Both the position numbers and the translations under genes were made by a program. Positions 1-13,029 of a stretch of 64,000 nt of DNA are shown here, one piece after another. A model generated the notes under the pieces. The model saw nothing but the letters and a program-made list of their open reading frames with translations, was not told the origin of the DNA and made no database searches. The stretch comes from Heteronotia binoei. Its lineage: Eukaryota. Each line of letters starts with the position of its first letter. Position 1 is the stretch's first letter. The stretch lies in the NCBI RefSeq assembly GCF_032191835.1, contig NC_083226.1, positions 125,426,001 to 125,490,000 on the forward strand, read 5' to 3'.

Positions 1-1
1 T

Positions 2-1112
2 TAGGGGTGTGAAATATTTTTTTTAACCAGTATTTTTTGGTTTGAGTCTATTGGACCCCCAAAAAATTGAAATTTCCAAACAATTCCAGATCCCAATATC
101 AGTATGGTATTCAGATCCCAGATTTTTCAGAAATCCTGAATTGTTTCAGGTCAAATAGACCTGAGAAGAAAAATGCTAGGTTTTGGGGTTTTTTTAGAAA
201 GCCAGTGCAAAGCTGAGCTTGCAGGGAACCATTTACTCTCCATGGACACAGCTGACCCTGGCTGGGCTTGCTTCTCCTAAAGTCCAGTTTCAACTGTGTT
301 TCAGGAGACACAAGCCCCTTAAACCAGACTGCAGGAGAAGCAAACCCCATGAGCTGTTGTTTAAACCAGGCTTCAGGAGAAGGGAGCCCCATGAGCTGTT
401 GAGCTGCTGGAAGCAATGTGCTCCCTGTGGCACAGGAGATCCTGGATGGACTCACTTCTCCTGACGTCCAATTTAAATCGGACTGCAGGAGAAGTGACCC
501 TAGGAGCTGCTGTGCCACATGGACCCTATTGCACTTTGTGGCACAGAAGATCCTGGCTGGGCTCACTTCTTCTGCAGCCTGGTTTAAATTGGGCTGTAGG
601 AGAAATGAGCCCCAGGAGCTACTGTGCCACAGAGAGCACATTAACTAGATCCCAGCTGAGCTCACTTCCCCTGCATCCTGATTTAGACTGGTCTGCAGGA
701 GAAGCCAGCACAAAGCCCAGCCAGCAGGAAGCAATCTGTTCCTGGTGGCACAGTAGATCCTGGGACTTGCTTCTTCTGCAGCCTGGTTTAACCCAGGCAG
801 TACGAGAAGCCAGCCCCAAGCCAGGGGCAGGCTGTTCCCCTTGGCACAGCTTATGCTTGGGCTGTCTTCTGCAATCCCTTTAAAGTTTAAAGGACTTCAG
901 TAGGAGCCCAACAAACAGCTGAGAGATGGGAGCAATCTTCTCCAGTCTCTCTGCTCTTTGCAGATCTGCTTAGTAATTTTTCAGAAATTGTTTTCAGTTT
1001 TCCCAAGAAAACTCAGATACATTTGAGTAAAGTATCTTTTTTGTGGAGGAGGTTCCGGTAAGATCTTTTGGGGGTAGATTTTCCGCTCAGGTAGATCCAA
1101 ATGCACAATCCT
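2..1112. mobile_element. Probable non-autonomous DNA transposon with an internal palindrome array
   Basis: Imperfect terminal inversion TAGGGGTGTG ... TGCACAATCCTA; interior of repeated hairpin units. Family not identified. Confidence 0.4.
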
Positions 1113-2968
1113 AGTAAAGATGCTGCTGGTGATCAGTGCCCTTGGTGTAGGATGTCCAGAAAGGAAAGTATATTTCTCCTGGTGGGTGGCAGAAGATGAA
1201 GCACATTTCTTTTAGTCATCAGCAGAAAATGCAACCAGCTTGCAGGAGCAACTTCCTGCAGCCTCTTCTCATTGATATTCTAGGTGTTGTGAGCCGTTCC
1301 AGTAGAAGAGCCATGGGAGGAGGAACAAACACTAAAGCAGAAGTAAACAAATAAATAAATTCCAAAGACAGATCTATAGGGAGTCTTAGTCTCTATCCCA
1401 GGCATAAACTTCATGGAGTCAAAGCAAGTGGGACTGTAGCATGCACCAAGCTAGCTCCATATGGGTTTCAGTGCAGGATGCACCACATATTCTGCAAGGT
1501 GCAATTGATCTCACACTTTGGGGAGTCACCTTGTAGATGGTATGGTGTGGTCCAGGACATTTTGATCCATTCTAGGTTCAAGACTTCTCTTAACAGCTCT
1601 TGAAATATGTCCATCCGCCTAAGTGTATTTTTCAGAGCAGTCTGTAAACCTTTTAAAAATTCTTCCAAGAGTATCTTTGTAATGGTGCATGCTTTCTGAT
1701 CTCCTTTGTGGTAGGTTTGGACATAGCAGGTAAAAGTGGTCTGTCATTACCAGGATATTCCTGTAATTTTCACTATTGGACTCCACAGATTAGAGATTAA
1801 TTGATACTAGTTCCACTGACCCATTGATGCTAGTGCTCACCAAGCAATTATCCTGTGGTGGTTGGATTCTTTGCTGAACGATGAACACAGGTCTTACAGT
1901 TTTTGGTAACATTTTTTGCCCCCTTAGGCCAATAGAATCTGGTATGTAAGGTGCTCCAGTGTTGCTTTAATCTTTAGATTATAAGTCATCATGTAGAGCT
2001 TACATTGCTGTTGGTCAGTGATGCTAAGGTACCAACACAACTAGTTATAGGTTTGAGGGGCTCTGGGCAGCGAGTTCCCAGTCCCCCCTAACCACCACCA
2101 GCTCCCCCTCTTTCCTTTCACTCCACTCATATGCCCTACACCTATCTGTGTGTCCTCCCCCTGATCATTTGTGTACTCTGCCCATGCTCACCACTGCCAG
2201 CAGCCCTTTTCTCAGTAGCACTGGGTGGTGCATGTAGCTGGAAGCACAGCTGAGCACTAGCAAATAAGTGGGGGGGGGGGCGGTCAGCAGCAGTGGGCAC
2301 TGCCAGAAGCTCTGACCCCTGGCAGCTGCCCTGTCTTAGGATATGCTGATGCCAGTCCTGGGTACCAGCAATAGTTTGTGCCATCTTTTTAATGAAGCAT
2401 GCCATCAGTTATCTTTAAGTAATTCCATTCTCTCAGTAAGAGTGCCACTTCACCTGAGCACGGCTCAGTTCTGGGTAAAGATTTGTCATTTTTTTACAAT
2501 AAAGGTGAGGTCTTTAATATCAGGATTTCTCTGTTATGCATTAACTAGGATTCAGGCATGGTAATGGTAATATCTGGAAGACAACATAGTTTGTTGATAC
2601 AGGAAGCATAGCTTCAGGATACAAGTGCACAAATTATCTGCAACACTGCTGTCCAGGAATTTTGTACTTCTTAATCCAACTTTTCTATGTAAATGTCTTT
2701 AACTCCTTCAGCAGAGATATGATGATCATCTTGCCACTCTTGGGATAAGGTATAGGCATCCATGTTAGCCCTTTTAACTCAATTAATGTAGAATGAAACC
2801 ATAGTCATATAACACAGCTACCCATGTGTAACCAGTAGCACCCAACTTTGTAGTTATGGTACATAGGAAGGTAGGTTATTGTCTTTTCATGCCTGAAATG
2901 TATAAGTAGTCCCTATATTTTTCTGTGATAACCCACTTCAAGGGCAGGGATTCTAATTTATGTATTTG

Positions 2969-3169
2969 CAGGGGGTTTTGTAGAAAATCCCAGCAGGAAC
3001 TCATTTGCATATTAGGCCACACACCCTTGACATCACCATTGTTTGGCAAGGGTTTTTTGCAGAAAAAAAAAAACAGCAAGAACTCATTTGTATACTAGGC
3101 CATACCCTCTGACACCAAGCCAGCCGAAACTGTGTTCCTGTGCATTCCTGCTCAAAAAAAAAAGCCCTG
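2969..3169 (-). mobile_element. hAT MITE, dimeric, octamer-bearing
   Basis: CAGGG...CCCTG ends; perfect 8-bp TSD TGTATTTG; reverse complement of 29544-29742. Confidence 0.85.
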
Positions 3170-3343
3170 TGTATTTGTCACCTGGTCCCACTGTTAGTGG
3201 ATTTTCTGTTTACAAAAGCAACAGGCTGTCTTTTTCTATGAACTGGTACAGCGGAACTCCTAATCCCCTTGTGCTGGTATCTGTATATAAACACAAAAGC
3301 ATAACAGGTGCCTTGCTGAATAGAACTTCTGAACCATCTAGTC

Positions 3344-3631
3344 CAGGGATGGCCAAACTTGCTTAATATAAGAGCCACATAGAATAATTGTCAGATGTTT
3401 GAGAGCCACAAGACATGAATGTCAGAAGTTTGAAGGGAGGGAGGAATAGATGGAGAGGGAGAATGGATGGAGAGGTGGAAAGAAACTTTAACTTTAAATG
3501 CACGCTTTAAATGCCAGCTGGCTTGGCTTGGAGAGTGATTTAAACAGACAAATGCCTTTGTCAAGCTGGCTGACAGTGTGGTGGGGGCTTCAAGAGCCAC
3601 ACGCTCCCAAGCCACAGTTTGACCACCACTG
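3344..3631 (-). mobile_element. hAT MITE (same family as 16536-16854)
   Basis: CAGGGATGGCCAAAC...GTTTGACCACCACTG; degenerate TSD ATCTAGTC/ACCTTGTC. Confidence 0.75.
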
Positions 3632-3649
3632 ACCTTGTCCAACCCCTAA

Positions 3650-4640
3650 GCTATGAGGTTTGGAGTTGGGTGCCATCAATATGCTGATGACGCTCAGCTC
3701 TTTTTCCTGCTGGAGAAGCAGCCAGCAGCAGGGCCCTCAGCACTATCCTAGATGTGATTGTCCAGTGATTAAGGGGGAGCCAGCCAAAATTGAATTCATC
3801 CAAAAAAGAGGTCACATGGCTGAGAAGGACTGAGATGCTAGATGGAGGATCACTGGATCAATGGTGTCCACTTGACAGCTGTAGACTCTGTAAGGAGCCT
3901 CAGAGTATGGCTGGGTTCTGCGCTGTCATTGAATAAACAAGTGTCCATGGTAGAACAATTAGCATTTTTTCATTTACACTAGGCCCTCCAGCTGGTTCCT
4001 TATTTATCTGGGTTGGACTTTGCTACCTTGATCCATGCAGCAGGCACCTCCAGGTTGGACTACTCACTCTACCGAGGGCCACCCTTGAAAACTCTTCAGA
4101 AACTGCAGATGGTCTAGAATGCAGCTGCCAGGTTGCTGACTGGAACATCACAGTCAGCTCATATTACTCTAATTCTGCGGCAGCTGCACTGGCTACCAGT
4201 TAGTCTCTGAATCAAATTCTCAGTGTTAGTGTTAACTTTTAAAGCCCTGAACTCTTTGGGATCCTCATACCTGCAGGACCACCTCTCCTGTTACAACTCC
4301 CCACTTTCAGTCATCATCTAGGGGCCTCTTGCAGCTGTCACCAGGGGAAGGTCCTTCTCAGTTGTGGCCTCACCCTGTGGAATGCACTCTTGGATGACAC
4401 TTATGCCCTGCTGGAATTGTTTAGTGTGCTCTGCTGAATTGTTTAGGTTGGCCTTTGGAGGTAACCACATATTGGGGTTGTATGAACAGTGGTACACTGA
4501 TAGCCACATATTTTAATGTTAGTATTTTATATTTATTTGTTGTTATGTTGCTTTTCCTTATTGGTTTTAATGTTGTGTCACCATAAAAACCTTTGAGTGA
4601 ATGGTGACTAAAAAATCTAACAATCTAATAAATAAAAAAA
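3650..4640 (+). mobile_element. L2-clade LINE 3' fragment
   Basis: Decayed ORF2 end (QNAAARLLTG..HITLILRQLHWLPV..FKAL..YLQDHL) plus an A-rich tail. Confidence 0.75.
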
Positions 4641-4723
4641 TAAAGAGGTCTGCTGCCTTTTGCAAGAGCTCTGTTTAATTGCAATGTCATGGTCAGTCAT
4701 ACTGGCAGATCCACAAGGGCGGC

Positions 4724-5912
4724 CATGTTGGTCTGAAGCAACAGAACAAAGCTGGAGTCCAGTAGCACCTTTAAGGCCAACAAAGTTTTATTGAGAATGT
4801 AAGCTTTTGTGCTCTAAAAGCATACTCCATCAGACAGTAGTATGGGATGGAATTAGCAGTCCTACATATAGAGAGAGTGGGCAGTGAATTAGTATGCAAA
4901 ATAGTGAAAATGTTTTTAGTAGATTAAAAGAATGACAAGTTGGGGTCTGGTAGGTTCCGCCCTTATGTCAACAAAGTCCAGCCATTACATTCAGTCCTCT
5001 AGGCAGCCCTCAATTTGTGGCTGGTCTAGGAGGACAGTTTTCTGTTTTCTGGTACAGAGGCATACACCTGAAGCCATTTGGCAACCCCTACCTATCATGA
5101 CAGAGTCTTTCCGGACATCTCTGGGAAGATGCAAAAAGAAAGTGACAAGCTATGCCAGCTTCTGAGCTTAAGTTTTTGTTTGCTAAATCACTCTTGTACT
5201 AATCATTATTATTGATATATCACTGCTGAACTAAGACTGTCTGCTCTAATATAGGCCTCTCTTACCAAAAACAGTTTTCAGCTTTGTATATGGCCTCTCC
5301 AAGGACTGACTTAGACCATCAAGCCACAAATATCTAGATGAACAAAGTTTGAGTCCAGAATTTTTGTTTATTTATGTATTTTTTGTTTGTTAGATTTAAT
5401 GAATCGCCACATCACAGCCAAAGCCGAGTTCTGGGCAATATACAACAACAGAAATACATTGATTTAAAAACCTTAAAATGTTCTGAATAAAATGTCACAT
5501 CTTATGGGCACCCTGATGGATTACCTAATTTCAGTTCTGTTGTTTCATCATGGTGGGGAAGGGTTAGCCCAAAGGCATGGCAGAATAAGGTGCCAGCTTG
5601 GCAACCATTACTGTCCTTGTTTGAAAGCCTGGTGGAACATCCCTGCCTTACAGGCCCTATGAAATTGCAGCAGATTCTGCAGGGCCCTGCTGTCAGCTGG
5701 GAGAGCGTTTCACCAGGTCGAAACCAGGACCAAAAAAGCCCTGGCTCTAGTCGAGGACAGCTAGACCTCTTTAGGGCCGGGGATGACCAATAAGTTGTTA
5801 CCCTCAGAGCATAATGCTCTTCCAGGGATAAGACCAACTTTGTTGGTCTTAAAGGTGCCTCTGGAGTCAAACTTTGTCCTGTTACTTCAGACCAACATAG
5901 CTACCTGTCTGA
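4724..5912. mobile_element. Penelope-like terminal fragments in inverted orientation
   Basis: ATGTTGGTCTGAAG..GAGTCCAGTAGCACCTTTAAGGCCAACAAAGTTTTATT at about 4724-4800 and its reverse complement at about 5830-5910; resembles reptile Penelope termini. Confidence 0.45.
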
Positions 5913-6802
5913 ATCCAGAATGGAAACCTCCTTAGTTGTTCTCCTTTTCCAGGATGGACAGCCCTTTACTCCCTTTATGTTACTTGAGGTCAGGGCAAGC
6001 AGAGCCAACATATACCAACAAAGCAGTACAGTAGCTCAGTCACAACAGATATCTTAATAAAACAAATAACTTCTCCCAAGTATTCAAATTAGGTAACTGC
6101 CTTAACAATACCTTTTCCCACTTTGTCTGCAATGCAATTTTCTGCCACCAGATGGTAGCTAGAGAGAGGAAGGGAGAGATTTCCAGAGCTTTACGCACAT
6201 GTATACTGGTGCCAGAAGTGAAAGTCATGAGGGTGCAAGAGGCTATGACCTTCAGAGAGCAGCAGAATTTTCTATTTGTTTACATGCGCCAAGAGCTGCT
6301 TTGCCATTAGGTTCTTTAAGGACAGCAACTGGGAGAGATTTAGGCCTCTGTGCCCCTGTTGTAGGCCTTCCAGAGTATCTGGTTCGCCACTGTGGGAAAT
6401 TGAATGCTAGATTGGTTGTCTGCTCCAGTAGGGCTCTTTATACATCCTGGAACAAATTTCATAAATGCAGGCTTTCAATATTTCAGTAATACATTATACA
6501 TAGGGATGTGCATGAACTGGGGAAGTGGAAGTTAGTTCCAGTTTGTGATTTGTGAGGTCACACAAACCTCCCTCTTTACTGAACCAATTGGATCATGAGG
6601 TCTGGGGGAGATCTTCCCTCCCTCCCTTTGCTGGCAACGGTACCTTGAGGCCAGCAGAATGGAGGGCAGAGATCTTACAAATGCCTTTTAAAGATAAAAT
6701 TCCCTTTAAATGGCTTTTGCAAGTGGACAACACACAAGAGTGAATTCCAAGTGGCTGGATTTTACTTGTGCACAGTGCCTGCTTGCAAAAGCCATTTAAA
6801 CG

Positions 6803-6956
6803 NNNNNNNNNNNNNNNNNNNNNNNNNNNNNNNNNNNNNNNNNNNNNNNNNNNNNNNNNNNNNNNNNNNNNNNNNNNNNNNNNNNNNNNNNNNNNNNNNN
6901 NNNNNNNNNNNNNNNNNNNNNNNNNNNNNNNNNNNNNNNNNNNNNNNNNNNNNNNN
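6803..6956. other. Assembly gap (154 N)
   Basis: N run abutting a SINE 3' tail. Confidence 1.
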
Positions 6957-7199
6957 TGCCCTTCTCTCTGAATCAGAGACTCAGAGCGGCTTACAATCTC
7001 CTATATCTTCTCCCCCCACAACAGACACCCTGTGAGGTGGGTGGGGCTGAGAGGGCTCTCACAGCAGCTGCCCTTTCAAGGACAACCTCTGGCAGAGCTA
7101 TGGCTGACCCAAGGCCATTCCAGCAGGTGCAAGTGGAGGAGTGGGGAATCAAACCCGGTTCTCCCAGATAAGAGTCCGCACACTTAACCACTACACCAA
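6957..7199 (-). mobile_element. tRNA-derived squamate SINE (gecko Squam3-like)
   Basis: Reverse complement of TTTGGTGTAGTGGTTAAGTGTGCGGACTCTTATCTGGGAGAACCGGGTTTGATTCCCC..CACAGGGTGTCTGTTGTGGGG..; A and B boxes present. Confidence 0.85.
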
Positions 7200-7331
7200 A
7201 CGAAGCAAAAGGGATTGAGGCTGAAATAGATGCAACCATTTCAGCAGTCCCTCTCATTCCCCCCCTGCTTGCCAACATGAACCCCATGATCCTCCCCAAA
7301 AACAGAGAGAGGGTCATGGGAAGGTTGTGGG

Positions 7332-7423
7332 TAGAGATGGGCATGTACCTCTGGTTTGCCAGTCACGAACCAGTGATGTTCAGCACTAAATCAGGTTCAT
7401 GACAAGGTTTGTGCCCATCCCTA
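7332..7423. mobile_element. Short MITE
   Basis: Terminal inversion TAGAGATGGGCA ... TGCCCATCCCTA. Confidence 0.6.
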
Positions 7424-7614
7424 ATCATGCTCACATATATATATATAATTATATAATGATTCCAAATTTCTTCTTTGGTTACACTGAATCAATGGAAGTG
7501 TTGCCTTATCATTAATACCCTATGGTCTGGATTCAAGTGGCAAAAGATGGTAGCATTCACAGATAAGCTGACTCCATTTTGTATGTATTTGAGTCTCACT
7601 GAGCTAGGCAGGTA

Positions 7615-7740
7615 GAATAATAGAGTTGGAAGGGACTTCCAGGGTCATCTAGTCTAACCCCCTGCACAATGCAGGAAACTCACAAATACCTCCCACACAC
7701 ACTCCCAGTAACGCCTGCTTAACACTCAGAAGATGAGGGA
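7615..7740 (-). mobile_element. CR1 3'-end fragment (another on + at about 9016-9066)
   Basis: Reverse complement of GGGTTGGACTAGATGACCCTGGAGGTCCCTTCCAACTCT..ATTCT. Confidence 0.75.
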
Positions 7741-8453
7741 AGGGAAGAAGACATTCTCCTTCTTCCTACTTCTTCCACTTAACTGAGAACCAGAACATCA
7801 ATCTATCTCTGAAGGGTGCAGGGATATGCTTATTATTTTGACAGATATTAGTTAACATATCACTAAAGATAATGAAATGTGTTTAATTCCAGGGCACTTC
7901 AGAATGCAAGCAGCTTCTATTATTTAGAATGCATTTTTGTAGAACAGAAGCTAGATTTCTTTGGACTTAAGTCTTAAATTTGTTAATTTGTCCCCTGAAT
8001 ACATTTGTGCCCAGTAGTCAGACTATGAATTCAAGACTTGAAACCAGGTGAGGCAACTAAAATGCAACCTTTAATATTCCCATCAATTTCTAAGTCTATT
8101 ATGATAAGGTTATTTTGCTGTTTTCAATCTGCTTTAGGCACACAAGTTAGAAATGTACTTTTTAATTACTGAAACTTTAGCACTATTCAGACTTTAGCAT
8201 TTGACTCTCCCAATGGTAGATACACTGTAGAATGATGTTCGTTCAGTAAATACTAGAGTGGCATAACATTTTGACCCAGTATTAAAATATACTTTTCTCC
8301 TACTATCGTATATCCCCTGTATTAAGTGGCATCCATATGTCATTTATTTGGATTTCCTTCAGAGAAGCATAGCCTAATCTGTATTCCTAAAAGTTTGCCT
8401 GCAATCAAACCTCATTTTTCCCTTTTTTTCCTTAGTTAAAGGGCATGCATTCC

Positions 8454-8468
8454 TGCCCTCTAGTGGCA
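8454..8468 (-). promoter_or_regulatory. Candidate CTCF-binding motif
   Basis: TGCCCTCTAGTGGCA; its reverse complement contains CCACTAGAGGGCA, a close match to the CTCF core CCASYAGRKGGCR. Motif match only. Confidence 0.45.
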
Positions 8469-10475
8469 ATTATGAGGGAATTCTTTTTTGGAAGAAAAGC
8501 CTGTAATACCTACTGTTGCAAACCGTGGAAATTCTTAACAAAAGTGCTAAGTTCATACAAACCCAATGCAACCAGAAAAAGAAAAAAACCAAGAACTAAT
8601 TTTTCTTATGAATCAAAATTAACCTAATAGAGTACATTTGATATTGTTTAGTATATTTCCAGTAAGAATCTTGCAGAGAAGTACATTGTGTGGCCATTGC
8701 TCAGTACTTTAGGTTACAGCAGCCTAAAGCTGCAACCCATCTCTCTATAAATCAGTGGGAATGTTATTATTCACTCCACTGAAAGGAGAATTGACTCTCG
8801 TGTTGTCCTAACGGTGGAGCCATCTGAGGCAACAAGCCTTCCTCTAGTGCATGGAGCTTTCTGTTGATGGCTACGCCATTCACAGAATAAAATCTTCATT
8901 TCAGACTCCAGAGCTTTCTCTCATTTATTCTCCTCATTAAAAATTTCTTGTACTCTCACCAAGATCCCTGTGTATATCGTTATTCTAAAAAGCACATTGG
9001 CAACATATTTTTTAAAGGGTTGGACTAGATGACCCTGGAGGTCACTTCGAACTCTGTGATTCTATGGTAACCCCTGTCCTAAAGTGTTAAAATCTTAATG
9101 TTTTTTTACTAGCTTGCCATAATATTTTGCAAAACCATGGCAAGCAAAATTTAATTAAATTTAAAACAATAGCAGGCTTTCATAACTCTGCACAATGCTG
9201 CAGCATCATTGTCGGCTTCAAGGATAAGTAATAAGACATTTGGTACAAGTCTGCCTATAGAACATACTCTGGACTGCAGTTTCTATTGCTCTTTTATTTC
9301 ATTCCAAGACTGGCAAAAACCAGTTGCAGCCCTTTAAAAAGGCTTCATTTAGCCAAAGATAAATAGATATTAATTACTCTAGTAATATTCATTAGTTTCA
9401 TAAAGGCTACTTTTTCATCTACAGATTCAACATGGTATAAGTAGACGTCTGTCAGGGTTATTTTTTTAATAATACATATTTCTGTTGTTTCCCAGTTCTC
9501 CCTGGACAGAGTTGTTAGTTGTCCCTCCCACAATATCAATTTACCTTATAATGTATTTATATTTGACTGTTTGCTAAAAGAATACATGTAGTTTGGAAAA
9601 ATGAATTGCTACTGTTTAGCTTCTGCTCAGAGCCCCTACTCTTCGGGAGATTCATACCATTCTTTCTCTTAATGCCTAGTGTTACTCAGTGGCACCATTC
9701 ACTAAATAAATGTAAGCCAGACACACCATTTTGGTTGACTTCTAAAAATTCCATGGCCTGGATCCAGCAAACATAGGCCCTTTTCACATTACCGTTCTAC
9801 CATTGCACATACATTCCTTATGCTGTCTGTGATAGGCTGGTTCCGAGTAAAGTGGTACAAGGACAGGGCTTTCACACAGAAAATGTCCTTCCATTAAGGA
9901 GACTTCCCTGAAGTGATCTGGCCATTTCAAACAGTGCTGCTTTCTTTCCTCTCCCCTTTTCACCCCACTCATGCACAATCTTCCTTTGCCGTTTTTTTAA
10001 GGTTCTAATGTGAGTGCTGAAATGCTAAATTAATATAGCAAGTCAGTATAATGGCACCGTGGAGCTGCCTTGACTCTTGGACTCATTTGCAGCCCTCCCT
10101 CCCAAAGCGCCCGCTCCTGACTTTGTAAATAGATCTCTGACCTCCTGTACTCAGGTTTTCAAACAGCAACAAAAGCAAAAGCCCTTTGCATGCTAGCTGA
10201 TCAGGAAGCAAAAGGCTCCCTGTGTGAATTCTGAAAAGAGGAGCCCCTCTCTATCTCTCTCCCTCCATACATGCTTTCCAATCAGCAAGCCAGCTGTCTG
10301 CAGCTTCTAGGAAGCAATGCAAAGCTTCTGCCCTCTCCTCCAGATTGCAGCTAAGTGATGCAAAGAATTTATGTATTCTGCCCTTTCCATGTTGCCAACA
10401 TATGTTCTTTCAGTCACCCTAGAAGCTGTATGTAGCTGAGCTGCAATCAGGGGCTTGGGGAGGGAGAGTTGCAAA

Positions 10476-10669
10476 CAGTGTTCCTTCTAAGCTGAGTTAG
10501 TGTGAGCTAGGTCACAATTTTTTAGCCTCCAGCTCACACATTTTTGTCTCAGCTTAGGAAAAATGGCCCCAGAGCAAACTAATTGATGCAGTAGCTCACA
10601 ACTTTAATGCCAGTAACTCACAAAGCAGAATTTTTGCTCACAAGTCTCCACAGCTTAGAGGGAACATTG
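10476..10669 (+). mobile_element. hAT-like MITE (inverted relative at about 44629-44782)
   Basis: CAGTGTTCCTTCTAAG ... CTTAGAGGGAACATTG termini; TSD not recognisable. Confidence 0.65.
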
Positions 10670-13029
10670 AAATGAGCCTGTGAATCAAGGCATCTCTATG
10701 GTGCCACTGTTACACTGACTTGCTGTATTTGTTTAGAGTTTCAGCAGTCACATAAAAACCTTCCTCTCCCCCCCCCCCAAAAAAAAACACTGGTTACTGA
10801 AATGGGTCTATCTGAAAGGAAAGAAAAAAACCTCTTAGTAGCTAGTTCCTGCAACAGGATAGGCTGCCCCAAAAAGGCCATAAATAGAAAAGTTCATGGG
10901 ACAGATCTCTCTCCTTTCCCCCTGCAGCCTCTGCCAGTGTCCCAAAGCTGTTCATGAGGGTTGGAATCCCTTGTGAATTGTAGTGTGAGGGGCTGGAACA
11001 AGAAGGGGAGATCAGAATCCCCTACATGCTCCTGAGGTGTTGCTCTATTAGTGGAAAAGCATGAGGGGAGGGAATAGTTTCTGCCAAGATTCCCTTGAAC
11101 TGCACTCCCTTCCTACAATGCACTGATCTCCTCAGGAGCAGATTTCTTTTTTTTTTTTTTGGGGGGGGGGGGGTGGATACAGGGTAAAAGACTTTCTCTG
11201 TGCGCTTGGTTCATTGGATCCAGCTCTTTATTCCTAAGATGTTTACATCATGGAAGAGCAAATGATGCAGTTTTTCTGATCTTTCTACAGTTAAGTGAAT
11301 ATGTTTATTTTAGTTTTAATCATGGTCACTGAAAAACTGAGAGTACAAAGGAATAAAGCTTTCTTACAGCATTAAGAAAGAAAACCTTTAGTGATAAAAG
11401 GCATAATTGTTTTGGAGTAGACCTCATAAGGAATTATGCATACATCTATATAACACATGGCAATTTTTAATGGCTACTTTAGCAGAATGGTTCAAAACAT
11501 AAAATGCTTGAGCTGAGGTCATAAAGTCTCATCCTTCGTACATTTACTTAAAGATTTTTAAAAAAGACTGATTTCAATAGGGTTTTCTCCCAAGTAAGCG
11601 AGCATAGGATAGAACCCTTCTCTCTTTTTTGTTTCAGATGTTCCTAAGAACATGTATGAAAGACTCTCTCTTTCCTTTCACTTCCAGAAATTTGCAACAG
11701 TAGGGCCAACCCACTTGCTCTTCTCCCTTTGGGAAGAGAACTGCTCAAATGTTGACAAAAACCGCTAAATGCAGAGTAGATGAAAACCATTACTAGTACA
11801 ACATTTGTCTCTTCCTTTGTTGTCTAACAGAAGCCATACATTATTAAACTTTGTGACAATTACAGTGCAGTCCAGAGCACAGTTTACACCCTATTCAGAC
11901 CTTTGAATTGAATGGACTTAGAAGAGGGTAACTCTGATTAGGATTCTACTGTTAATTATGAAAGCATTACCACATCATTCCAAGCATAAATATGTTCACA
12001 TGGGAGAGTGGGTGAGAGAGCACGATTTTATATTTTAGCAGGATGTTGATATCTGTTGAACTACATCTCTTTACTTTTGAAATGGAAGCATGTTCCATAG
12101 AGCTGTAGAGTTCTGAATGTGTACCCAGACTGTTTACATATACACAAGCTCCAATTCAAAGATGGAGTTTCCCTCCTCAGCTCTCTCATTCTGTTTGGTG
12201 CAGCAGTCCAGTTGCCCAGGAAAAGGAATGAGTTATGGAGCAGCACTTCCCATTGAAATGAATGGCAAAACCTGCATTTGTAAGGCACATATACACAAAT
12301 TGAGGTTGACTTCCTATCTATATTCCCTCTTCTCTCCTCTGCCCCCCATGTCTGTTAAGTGTTTTTGTAAGGGGTTTAAGGTAGAAGATTCTGACATTCC
12401 TGTGCCAAATACCTGTGATGTCTGCCTGTGATGAAATTGCATTGCTGGCTTCATCTGGTACAGCAACAGCAAATGTCAGGACATCCCAACAAGTATAACT
12501 GTTAGCTCCGCTTATGTGTCTATAAAAGCAAGCCTGCATCAGACTTATAGAGCATCAAACTGCAAAATCAATAATAAATGGGTCCAGAGCTGAATTTCAG
12601 TGGGACTGTAAATGGTCAGTGGCTTGCCTGTAAAGAGTGTCACATTAATATATACATTACAACAGTGTAGACTTTTTTTTTCCTTTTTAAAATAAGGCAG
12701 TCAAAGAAAAGCAGGTTGCCAGTAGGTGGTGCTTTTGTACCAAAGTGAGCAGCATGACTCTCTTGTGATATAATAAGATGTATTTTTAGACTTTGATCTC
12801 ATATTTCCCCTTTAGCCACCTTATTTTTACAACATTTGCCCCACATAAAAAGGTACATGAAGTTTGCAATTAGAAGCTGAGTTTTCTTGCTTGTAGCATG
12901 TAAACAGTCACTACTTCTGGTGGGAAGAGTTAGGCGAGAAGTGGCATTTTTGGCTTCAGATTTGGGTGTCAAGCGCTAACTATTCAGATTGTGCCCATTA
13001 CCACTTAGCTTACTTTTCAGTAAGGAAGG

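Noticed and set aside
1-6. TTAGGG at the window start
   Set aside because: Single hexamer within a repeat terminus, not a telomeric array.
111-883. Long overlapping ORFs (176 and 155 aa) and a repeat-spacer look suggestive of a CRISPR array
   Set aside because: The ORFs come from GC-rich palindromic repeat units. The units are degenerate with no unique spacers, there are no cas genes, and the host is a vertebrate.
6803-6956. Gap as a hiding place for the MEF2C penultimate exon
   Set aside because: The right flank is a SINE tail that must occupy part of the gap, and the left flank has no acceptor-like pyrimidine tract.
6991-7344. Recurrent peptide ADSYLGEPGLIPHSS..CCGGRRYRRL in ORFs at 6991, 29023 and 34069
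   Set aside because: Translations of the same SINE family, not a gene family.
10020-10460. Repeat-free block with E-box and FOX/MEF2-like words, a possible MEF2C intronic enhancer
   Set aside because: The motifs are short and expected by chance; conservation cannot be assessed without alignment.
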